This document shows, one piece after another, positions 1-10,562 of a stretch of DNA of 64,000 bases. The stretch lies in the NCBI RefSeq assembly GCF_902713615.1, contig NC_052148.1:253452690-253516689 (forward strand), written 5' to 3'. Both the position numbers and the translations under genes were made by a program. Each line of letters begins with the position of its first letter. The stretch's first letter is position 1. Under the pieces are notes generated by a model. That model had not been told where the DNA came from. It saw only the letters and a program-made list of their open reading frames with translations, and made no database searches. The stretch comes from Scyliorhinus canicula. Taxonomy: Eukaryota.

Positions 1-23
1 TTATTTGCAAACTCTCAAGGTTT

Positions 24-367
24 ACATAGAATTTACAGTGCAGAAGGAGGCCATTCGGCCCATCGAGTCTGCACCGGCTCTTGGAAAGAGCACCCTACCC
101 AAGGTTAACACCTCCACCCTATCCCCATAACCCAGTAACCCCACCCACACAAAGGGCAATTTGGACACTAAGGGCAATTTATCATGACCAATCCACCTAA
201 CCTGCACATCTTTGGACTGTGGGAGGAAACCGGAGCACCCGGAGGAAACCCACGCACACACGGGGAGGATGTGCAGACTCCGCACAGACAGTGACCCAAG
301 CTGGAATCGAACCTGGGACCCTGGAGCTGTGAAGCGATTGTGCTATCCACAATGCTACCGTGCTGCC
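24..367 (-). mobile_element. HE1-type tRNA-derived V-SINE with CR1-like 3' tail
   Basis: A/B-box head (GGTTCGATTCC), central GTGGGTTTCCTCCGGGTGCTCCGGTTTCCTCCCACAGTCCAAAGA core, tail ending ...GGCCTCCTTCTGCACTGTAAATTCTATG. Confidence 0.9.
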
Positions 368-1130
368 GTTTGATAAAGTTGAGAGATTAAAATAACTAAG
401 TTAAAGATGAAGGAGTCTCATTCCCAGTCTTGTTGGTCTACAGGTCAAAATTGAGTGAAGAATGAACTGTTTTGAAACTAACATCCACAATCAACATACG
501 ATACCAAATCACTGTTACTTCAGCAGGGGCTGCCCTCTGTGACCAAAAGGGCGGCAATGATTTAAACCATTCTCTCTGGTCCTCTCTGTGTCTAAAATGT
601 GCCAAAACCAAACAAGGCACCATCCATTATTTCAATATCAATTGTTCATCTGAACGAGTGGAACCCAGTGAAACGATCTGTTTTGAAGAAGGGATGGAGC
701 TGACTGACCACTTGTGGATTTAACTCTCCCTTCAATAACATTTCAAGGAAGTCGTTGCAAAATCAATGCCGCCGGCTTCTTAATTTTTTTCCTAAATTGC
801 GTTAAAAGTTATCCCCACAGTCATAACTTCTTCTCTGAAGTTTGCACATCAAAGGTTCGGTTGCAAAGTTCAATGTTTAGGGTTATCAGGCAGCAAGTGA
901 CATTTTAAAACTATATTTGCCATGTCGAAGCTGCCGAGGTAGAAAGAGAGGATTCTAACAGGAGAATGCACGGTCTGATTTCCAGTCCAGCCTTTCAGCA
1001 AGTTGATACTCGAGTCAGAAGTCCGTGCGGTGACCAAATGAAAAAAGAGGGAGGAGGGGGTGAAATGTAAGCTGCCAGTGTTTCAACAACACTTTTTTAA
1101 ACCAGTAAACACGATTGAGGGCTTACTTAC

Positions 1131-1182
1131 CATCTTCGTTTTCGTCGAACACGGGTGTTCTATGGGAATGATTGACGCCCAT
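1131..1182 (-). CDS. STK32C: First coding exon of an STK32 (YANK) Ser/Thr kinase, MGVNHSHRTPVFDENED+1 nt. The gene continues leftward out of the window. Paralog is STK32C by synteny with LRRC27, but the N-terminus looks STK32B-like.
   Basis: Reverse strand reads ATGGGCGTCAATCATTCCCATAGAACACCCGTGTTCGACGAAAACGAAGATG|GTAAGT: 52 nt, strong Kozak (aatATGG), consensus donor. Matches recalled human STK32B MGGNHSHKPPVFDENEE and STK32A MGANTSRKPPVFDENED. Family call is firm; paralog call is about 0.6. Confidence 0.85.
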
Positions 1183-1470
1183 ATTCCTGCTCGTCCGCAT
1201 TCCCCGTCAACTTGGACACTATCTGAGCGCCGAGCATCCCCGGAAAGTAGGGACCTCTCCCCAGGTTCTTTCCCACGCTGCTCCGGGAGGAGGGTGCAAG
1301 CGCGCAATCTTTGCTGCTGCCTTTAAACGCGAGGGTCCCGCGCATCGCTCCTGTCCATCCCTGTTGGCGAAGATGTGCCTCGAAATGACAGGTACTCGTG
1401 TGGAGGGTCGGTTCACATCATCCCGCCGCCAGTCAGACATGGAAAGCGATTCGTCTGCAGCCTGACCATT
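1183..1470 (-). promoter_or_regulatory. CpG-rich 5'UTR/proximal promoter region of the STK32 gene
   Basis: Unique, CpG-dense sequence directly upstream of the ATG, in an otherwise CpG-poor background. Confidence 0.5.
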
Positions 1471-2461
1471 TCCAGGTTACAAGACAGCCTTCTTTTGTTG
1501 ATGTTGTTGCTGTTGCACAGACCGCACAAGATTATTATTTTTTACATAATAAATACTGTGACACTGCTGGAGCGCCGATTGTGGCGAGAGAAAGGGCAGC
1601 TGTGCTCCTCAGCACCCAGGTATCCAGATGTTGACACGGGCGGTAGTCAGTTTCAGGGGGAAGGGGAAAAATGTCAGACCCCTTCCTCCCAATTGCTGCA
1701 CATCTACCAGGAAATATGCAGGAGAATGTCCTCTCGTTGAGGACCCAATAAGACCACTGCACGCATCAAAATGCTTGTGAGGTTTCACATTTGCTCCTGA
1801 ACCTGGCTCAGTGTAACAATATTGCAGATCATTGCAGGGTGTTTCCCCTTTCCTGGCAATATCTCTAACCGCCTGAAGTGGGGGACCTCTCACATGTTAT
1901 TTTTTTAACTATTAAAGATCGTGTGCTGGATCGGATTGGGGCACCTGAAAGATTGCTTTCAGCCTGGGGAGTATTTGTTCATTTCACTGCTGCTTGCATG
2001 CAGGAAAATAACAATAAACAACGTGAAATCACAATTCCATCTACAGCGCGGCCTCCAATACTGAATAAACCGAGTTGGTTCCCGGGATCTGGTCCTGGTC
2101 GCTGCTTTTTTGCTTCTGCTGGTGAAGGTGATAGGGTGAATAATAATCATAATCATAATAATCTTTATTATTGTCACAAGTAGGCTTGAATGAAGTTACT
2201 CCTGTTGGATCTTAGTGTAATTGAGATATGGTTCTGGGTCCTTCACATCAGGGAAGTCCGCGGGGAGGGGGAGTGGGGTATGGGGGGAGGGCAGGACTGC
2301 ATTGGGGAAACGCTTGAGGTTGGGTCATCAAAAACTTTGGGGGTCCTTTGGCAACCACCAATCCCACTCCCCAGAACACTCTCCCGCACCAACCCCCACC
2401 CCTGCCCCATTTGCATTCATTAAAGTGCAACGGCCTCACTGCCTTCAAAGGTTGAGAAAGG

Positions 2462-3140
2462 GGGCGGGATTCTCCAAGCCACGCACCGGGCCAGAAAATC
2501 GCCGCAACCGCGCCACGCCGCCCTAACGGCGGCACGCGATTCTCCAAGGAGCAGAGAATCAGCGACATTTGCGCCGGCACGTGTGGCGTGGTGCCGGTCA
2601 CACGCAGCTGTCCGCGGCCGGGCTGCCGATTCTCCGGCCTTGATGGGCTGAGCGGCCGCGCGGAAACGGCAGAGTCCCGCCAGCGGCGTCCACACCTGCT
2701 CTCAGCCGACGGCAACTCTGCGTGCAGGGTCAGGGGCGGTCTGTGGGGGGGGGCTCCTTCACCGGGGGGGGCCTCCAATGGGGTCTGGCCCACGATCGGG
2801 GCCCACCAATCGGCGGGCCGGCACCTCCAGTCCCCGACCCAATTTTGTTACGCTACCGGCCACTGAACCCCCACGCCATGTTGCATCGGGGCTGGCACAT
2901 TGAGAAAGTCCCTCGTGCATGCGCGGGTTGGCGTGGCACCACTGTGCATGCACAGGTTGGTGCGGCGCCCAGTTGATGCCAGGAAGGGAGGCTGGAGTGG
3001 CATGAACCATTCCAGCGCCATGCTAGCCCCCTATGGTGGCCAGAATCGATAGTGCCCGTGCCCATTTTGCACCATCGTGAAACGTGATGGCGTTCACGAT
3101 GGTGCGGACACTCTGCCTCCATTTCGGAGAATCCCGCCCA
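2462..3140. mobile_element. Non-autonomous DNA transposon (MITE), PIF/Harbinger-like
   Basis: Terminal inverted repeats GGGCGGGATTCTCC...GGAGAATCCCGCCC. The same terminus begins the Myb/SANT-bearing element at 23208. Confidence 0.7.
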
Positions 3141-4829
3141 GGAATTTTCTGGCCGTTCTCGCCGATGTAATCTTCCGGTCCACCGAAGGCGACCGCTCCC
3201 ACCCCCCTTCTACGACAGTGGAGGGTGGGAAATAACGGGAAACCCCGTTAGCAGCCACGGAGCCAGAAGACCCCACAGCTGGCCGATGGCGAGCCACCTT
3301 GCGGGAGCGGAAAATCCCACCACGGCATGCTTACAACAAAGAATTTGCATTTATATGGCACCCCTCATGACCTTGCGACCTCCCAAAGCACATTAGGGTC
3401 AAGGAAATACTTATGATCAATGCCGTTGGAATGTGGGAACTGCAGCAACCGATGTGCACACAGCAAAATCCCACCAACAACTAGATAATGGCAATGAATT
3501 GGGGAAAGTGCTGGCGGTGGAAGAAATCAAGCAGATTGGGGGTGAGGGACAAACTTCCATAATAGATGGAGGAATGCGGTCTAGGAAGAGAGAGGCCCTG
3601 ACGATAGTCGTTTATTAAGTAGCAGACCAGGGAAATTAACAGTTCTTCAAGTATTCGGAGGCTTTAAACCCCACTGGCATGAGAGGGGCAATGAACCATA
3701 ACGGTGAGTTGCAGTGGCAAACTTACTCCTTTTGCAATGCTAATGTCAGAAAGAGAGGTACCACTTGACAAAGTGCGTTCCTTTTGAGAACTGCCACCTG
3801 AACATTGTTTCCAAGTGAATGGCGAGGTCAAGAGTGTGAAAACACACAGAAAATAACGTGGGCATAAATGGGTAGGAACCATTTATTCCGAAATGCTGCT
3901 GGACTTGATCAGGAGGTCAGAACTGACCAATCAGCATTCGGTGCCAAAGCTTTCTGTTCTGGATCAACCCTGGCCAAATTGTTCACAGTTTTATGCACCA
4001 CAGTTCTCAATGTCTTTTGGCATTGGGACCATTGTATTTCCAATGGATGGGAACGCACTTTGATCATCCACACCCAATTACACGCAACAAGTAAAGGGGC
4101 CAGTGGGTCTCAACTCCTGTTCACTCCCTACCAAGCAGCTGGTGAGCAGTAGGAGCGAATCATTAAAGTGCTTCTCCAGCACTGTCCTAACCCAGGAAAT
4201 GACAAAGAGTCATTGATAGATTAAGTGAGTGAACGAAAATGTGGCAGATATATTTCAATGTAGCCGAATGCGAGGTTATTGGTTTCATACCAATGAAGAG
4301 GATAGATCCAAGTATCTTTTGAATAGTGAAAAGCCAGGAGAAGTGGTGATCCAAATAGAAAATGCTGGGAAAAGCTCAGCTGTTCTGGCAGCATCGGTGG
4401 AGAGAGAGCAAGAGTTAATGTTTCCAGTCCAAAATGACTCTTCCTCAGGACTGGCACTTTCGGTTTTGATCTCAGATTTCCAGCATCTGCAGAATTTTGC
4501 TTTTACTTGAGTGAAGCTCCAAATAGGTTTGGCGATCCATTACAGCGATCCCCGGTACGAATGGTAGCCAAAAAGATTAATGGAATGTTCACCTTTACAA
4601 CTGGAGGGGCCAGAGTATAATAATAATAATAACCTTTTCATTGTCACAAGAATGAAGTTACTGTGAAAAGCCCCTAGTCGCCCCCATTCCGGCGCCTATT
4701 CAGGTAAACTGATATGGGAATTGAACCCGTGCTGCTGGCCTTATTCTGCATCACAAACCAGCTGTCTAGCCCACTGAGCTAAACCAGCCCTTAAGGGAGG
4801 TTTCAGAAAGGGAGGTTTTGCTTTAAATA

Positions 4830-5160
4830 CACGGTAGCACAGTGGTTAGCTCCAGGGTCCCAGGTTCGATTCCCAGCTTGGGTCACTGTCTGTGCGGAGT
4901 CTGCACGTTCTCCCGTATGCACGTGGGTTTCCTCAGGGTGCTCCGGTTTCCTCCCACAGTCCAAAGATGTGCAGGATAGGTGGATTGGTCATGCTAAATT
5001 GCCCTTAGTGTCCAAAATTGCCGTTAGTGTTGGGTGGGGTTACTGGGTTATGGGGATAGGGTGGAGGTGTTGACCTTGGGTAGGGTGCTCTTTCCAAGAA
5101 CCGGTGCGGACGCGATGGGCTGAATGGCCTCCTTCTGTACTGTAAATTCTTTGATTCTAT
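4830..5160 (+). mobile_element. HE1-type SINE inserted in a degraded CR1 3' fragment (about 4220-6220)
   Basis: Same head, core and tail as 24-367. Flanks resemble the CR1 C-terminus (ctggtgaggccgcactggagtactgtgtacag). Confidence 0.85.
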
Positions 5161-6392
5161 ACACAAATTCCTGGTGAGGCCGCACTGGAGTACTGTGTAC
5201 AGTGCTGGGCAGCACATCCAGATAGATTGGTTTAAAAGGAACACATTGCAGAGTCATCAGAGTATTACCAGGGCCCCCAGGATTACATTGCAAAGGACAA
5301 ATACATACCAACTAGACATGTATAAAAGTTATAGAGAATAGAAGTAGGAGGTGGCCATTCAGTACATCGAGCCTGCTCCCCTATTCAATGTGATCATGGC
5401 TGATCTTCTATCTTCTGTGAAATATGGACGGCTAAGGGGTGATTGATTTTGGCTCTTTGGGTTTTGAAAGGAGTTGGCAGAGTCGGGCAAGAGGGAAAAT
5501 AATTTCAAAATACTGCCAATGCTGGAATCTGAAACAAAAGCAGCGAAAGAGGTAAAAATGCAGCATGCCTGGCAGCACCTGTAGGGAGAGAGAAACAGAG
5601 ATAATGGGTGGGATTCTCTAGCCTCCCCCGCGGTGTGTTCCTCGGTGGTCGGCAGAGGGATCCCACCACTGGCAATGGGATTTCCCATTGAATCCACCCC
5701 GCATTGTCTGGAAACCCGAGGTGTGGGTAAACAGTCAGCGGGACTTGAGGATCCAGTCGGCAGTACCGGAGGAGATCTATCCAGCCGGACGGGAAGATCC
5801 CACTCAAGTCCGCATGACCCTTCTTCAGAATCAAAGAGAGGGGAATACGTGTTGGATTATAAGATGGGGTGGAACAGCTGGAACAATGGATAGTACCGAG
5901 GGGGGGGGGTTGTCAGAACATTGGGTAAAATAGGTAGGAGGCAAACTTTTTTTGATCGTCAGGGAGTCTGGGGCACGGGACAAAACCTTGAAATCACAGC
6001 CGGGAGAGTGGTTAGGAAACATTTCTTTGTGCAAATGATGGTGGAATTGTGGAACCGTTCTGCACAAAACGCTATGGATCTGCAGCTCAATTCCAATCTG
6101 AATTGTGTTATCTCAGGGACAAATGGTTAGGATGGTTCTGGGGAACAGATCAGCCAGGGGTCCATTGAATGGCAGGACCCACCCAATGGGCTGAATGGCC
6201 TAATCCTACTCTTGGATTCCTCAGAAGTTGACAGCACGAGGCTGGGAAGGAGAAATTGACCAAATGGAAAGATATTGGCTTGAAGCCAGGGCTTTAGTGC
6301 GGGGTGCAAACGTACATTAAAATAGGGAATTCCATTGGGAGCTGGTTAGCATAAACACAATCCTGATCAGAGGTATTTTCACAGCCTGAGAT

Positions 6393-6705
6393 CAGAGACC
6401 CTACAGTGCAGAAGGAGGCCATTTGGGCCTTCGGGTCTGCACCAATCCTCTGAAAGAGCACCCTACCTAGGCCCAATGTCCGACCCTATCCCCATAACCC
6501 TACCCGAGACAGTACCTTTGGACAGTAAGGGACAATTTGTAGTATGGGCACTCCACTTAACATGCACATCTTTGAACTGTGGGAGGAAACCGGAGCACCT
6601 GGAGGAAACCCACGCAGACACAGGGAAAATGTGCAAACTCCGCACAGTAACCCAAGGTCAGAATGGAACTGGGTCCCTGACTCTGTGAGGCAGCAGTGTG
6701 AACCA
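6393..6705 (-). mobile_element. HE1-type SINE
   Basis: Conserved V-SINE core and CR1-like tail. Confidence 0.8.
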
Positions 6706-7407
6706 AGTTTAGCCCTGCAGCATCGCTGCAGCTAAAACATGGGAGTTCAACCCCATTGTGGTATCAAACTCGGGTTAGTGTGTCTGCTCACTGGATCTGG
6801 AGGGCCACTTGGGAACTTGCTTTTTATTTATTTTTCAAAAAAATAGTTTTATTGGTATTTTCAATTTATACACAGTAACACTTTGCGTTTAATATTTGCA
6901 GCACGTGTGGTTCTTATATACAAACTGATATTGTCCGTCTTGGTGAGTCCTCCTCCTTCCCTTACCTTCTCCCCCCCCTCCCCCAGCCCCTCCTTGGCAT
7001 CCTCCTTTTTTGTTCAGGGTGTTCTGTCCCTAAGCTCCTTTTCTCCCCTTTCCCCCCCCCCCCCCCCCCAACCCCCAGTCCCTTTTTTTTTAAAATAATT
7101 TTTATTGAAATTTTTCGATACAAACATTTACCCCTACTACATTTTAAATTATAACACAACAAATCCCCCCTGGAAAATCCTCCCCACGCCCTCCCCCGCG
7201 CGCACCCCCCCCCCCCCCCCCCCCCACCCCCCCCCCCGCGCTACCAGTCTAGCAACCAAACCGTTTTTCCCTTTCTACCGATGGCCTCGGGCAGTCATTG
7301 CCCACGACCCCCCGCTGACGTGCTCCCTTCGTTGCTATCCCCCCCCCCCCTCCCTTCCCCCCCCCCCCCTTTTCTCCCCGGGTTGCTGCTGTTTCGGCCT
7401 CCAGTTC

Positions 7408-10400
7408 CTATCTCTGATCCAGAAAGTCAAGTAAGGGCTGCCACCGCCGGAAGAACCCCTGTACCGACCCTCTCAGGGCGAATTTGATTCTTTCCAATTG
7501 GATGAAGCTTGCCATGTCGTTTAACCAGGTGTTAACACTTGGTGGCCTTGTGTCCCTCCACTGAATCAAGATCCTTCTCCGAGCTACCAAGGACGCAAAG
7601 GCCAATATTCCGGCCTCCCCTGCCTCCTGTACTCCTGGCTCCACCCCAACCCCAAAAATCGCTAGCCCCCACCCTGGTTTGACCCTGGTTCCCACCACTC
7701 TTGATACCGTCCCCGCCACCCCCTCCCAGAACTCTTCCAGTGCCGGGCACATCCAGAACATATGTACATGGTTCGCAGGGCTTCCCGAACACCTAACACA
7801 CCTGTCCTCACCCCCGAAGAACCGACTCATCCTAGTCCCCGTCATATGGGCTCTGTGCAGCACCTTAAATTGGATGAGGCCCAACCTTGCGCACGACGAC
7901 GACGAATTGACCCTCTCTAAGGCATCCGCCCATGTCCCATCTTCTATCTGCTCTCCCAGCTCCGCTTCCCACTTGTCTTTCAGCTCCTCTATCGATACCT
8001 CCTCCACCTCCTGCATTATTTTGTAGATGTCCGAGACCTTCCCTTCTCCGACCCAGACCCCTGACAGCACCCTATCACTCACCCCTCTATCGGGAAGCAA
8101 GGGAAATCCTTCCACCTGTCGTCTGGCAAATGCCTTCACCTGCAGGTATCTAAACAGTCGGTGGCCTAGTGGTTAGCACAACCGCCTCACGGCGCTGAGG
8201 TCCCAGGTTCGATCCCGGCTCTGGGTCACTGTCCGTGTGGAGTTTGCACATTCTCCCCATGTCTGCGTGGGTTTCGCCCCCACAACCCAAAAATGTGCAG
8301 AGTAGGTGGATTGGCCACTCTAAATTGCCCCTTAATTGGAAAAAAATTGGGTAATCTAAATTTATAAAAAAAAAGGTATCTAAACGTGTTCCCCGGGGGG
8401 AGCTCAAATTTCTCCTCCAGCTCTCCCAGGCTCGCAAACCTCCCCTCTATGAACATGTCCCTCAGTTGCCTGATGCCCGCCCTGTGCCAGCTCTGGAATC
8501 CCCCGCCAGTGTTCCCCGGGACAAATCTGTGGTTCCCTCTCAGTGGCGCCGCCATCAGACCCCCCACTTCCCCCCTGTGTCGCCTCCACTGCCCCCAGAT
8601 TTTAAGGGTGGCCGCCACTACCGGACTCGTGGTATACCTTGTGGGGGGGAGCGGCCATGGTGCCGTTACTAGCGCCCCCAGGCTTGTATTGCCGCAGGAC
8701 GCCCTTTCCATACGTTTCCAAGCTGCCCCCTCCCCCTCCATCACCCACTTGCGCACCATCGATGCGTTCGCCGCCCAGTAGTATCCGGAAAGATTGGGTA
8801 GCGCTAATCCTCCACTGTCCCTACTCCGTTCCAAGAAAATCCTTCTCACTCTAGGGGTGCCATGTGCCCACACATAGCCCATAATGCTGCTAGTTACCTT
8901 CTTGAAGAAGGCCCTGGGGAGAAAGATGGGCAAGCACTGGAACAGAAACAAGAACCTCGGGAGGACCGTCATTTTGACTGACTGCACCCTCCCTGCTAGC
9001 GACAGCGGTACCATGTCCCACCTCTTGAACTCCTCCTCCATCTGCTCCACCAGCCTTGAGAAGTTCAGCTTGTGGAGGGTCCCCCAGTTCCTTGCCACCT
9101 GCACCCCCAAGTACCTGAAGCTCTTTACTGCTCTCTTAAAGGGGAGCCGCCCAATTCCCTCCCCCTGATCTCCCGGGTGTATCACAAAGACCTCACTTTT
9201 ACCCACATTTAATTTATATCCCGAAAAGTCCCCAAACTCCGCTAGTATTTCCATTACCTCCGGCATTCCCCCTTCCGGGTCTGCCACATACAACAACAAA
9301 TCATCCGCATAGAGTGATACCCGATGTTCCTCCCCTCCCCTTGTCAGTCCTCTCCACCCCCCTGAACCCCTCAGTGCCATCGCCAACGGTTCGATCGCTA
9401 ATGCAAATAGTAAGGGGGATAGGGGGCATCCCTGCCTGGTACCTCGATGGAGCCCAAAATACTCTGACCTCCTCCCGTTTGTAACCACACTCGCCATCGG
9501 GGCCGAATACAGCAGCTTCACCCATTTGATAAATCCCTCCCCAAACCCAAACCGTTCCAGCGTCTCCCACAGGTATTCCCACTCCACCCTATCGAATGCC
9601 TTCTCCGCATCCAGTGCTACCACTATCTCAGCCTCCCCCTCCACTGCTGGCATCATAATCACATTCAACAGTCTCCGGACATTTGTGTTAAGTTGTCGTC
9701 CCTTTACGAACCCCGTCTGGTCCTCATGGATTACCCCTGGCACACAATCCTCTATTCTGGTTGCCAGGACCTTTGCCAACAGTTTGGCATCTACATTCAA
9801 GAGGGAGATAGGCCTGTAGGACCCGCACTGTACAGGGTTTTTGTCCCGCTTCAGGATCAAGGAGATCAGGGCCTGTGACATTGTCGGGGGCAGAACCCCC
9901 CCCTCTCGCGCCTCATTGAGGGCTCGCACCAGCACTGGACCCACCAAGTCCACATACTTCTTATAAAATTCCACCGGGAACCCATCCGGCCCCGGCGCCT
10001 TCCCCGCCTGCATCTGGCCTATCCCTTTAACTAGCTCCTGCAGCTCTATCGGCGCCCCCAGCCCCTCCACCCGTTCCTCCTGGACCTTTGGGAACCTCAA
10101 TCTATCGAGGAAGTTCTCCATTCCCCCCCTCCTCCTGGGCGGCTCAGACCGGTACAATTCCCTGTAGAAATCCCTGAAGACCCCGTTCACCTCTTGCCCC
10201 TTCTGCACTACGTTCCCTCCCTTCTCTCTCACTCCCCCAATCTCTCTGGCTGCATCTCGCTTGCGCAGCTGGTGTGCCAGCATCCTGCTCGCCTTTTCCC
10301 CGTACTCATAGACCGCGCCCTGTGCCCTTCTCCATTGCGTCTCCGCCTTCCTAGTGGTCAGTAGGTCAAACTGGGCCTGTAAACTGCGCCGCTCCCTCAA

Positions 10401-10562
10401 CAGCCCCTCCTCTGGTGTCTCCGCATATCTCCTGTCCACTTCTATAAGTTCCCCCACCAGTCTCTCCCTCTCCTGCCTCTCCTTCCTTTCTCTGTGTGCC
10501 CTTATGGAGATCAGCTCTCCTCTGATCACTGCTTTCAGGGCCTCCCAGACTACCCCCACCTT
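7408..10562 (-). pseudogene. L1-clade ORF2 (reverse transcriptase plus Cys-rich domain), endonuclease missing, interrupted by a SINE
   Basis: ORFs 8226..10565 and 7408..8139 join in frame (...GNTFRYL|QVKAFARR...) once the SINE and one TSD copy are removed. Confidence 0.88.
8156..8373 (+). mobile_element. Short polyA-tailed V-SINE inserted in L1 ORF2
   Basis: tRNA head and core, A-tail, 12-bp TSD AGGTATCTAAAC at 8144-8155 and 8374-8385. Confidence 0.9.

Larger units (their letters stand above)
7085..10562 (-). mobile_element. Young 5'-truncated L1-clade (L1/Tx1-like) LINE
   Basis: RT ORF with KAPGPDGF, YRPISLLNVD, LDAEKAFD, RQGCPLSP, YADD and a C-terminal CVRC...HMFWMC knuckle. PolyA tail. 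16-bp TSD CAACCCCCAGTCCCTT at 7069-7084 and 10563-10578. Confidence 0.92.

Noticed and set aside
22-350. Recurrent 60-90 aa ORFs (LGHCLCGVCT..., SSHSPKMCRL) and tRNA-like boxes
   Set aside because: These are SINE copies; the tRNA-derived heads are not tRNA genes.
1375-2183. ORFs upstream of the STK32 exon as an extra gene or long STK32C N-terminus
   Set aside because: In-frame stops lie just upstream of 1200, and the peptides resemble nothing I recognise.
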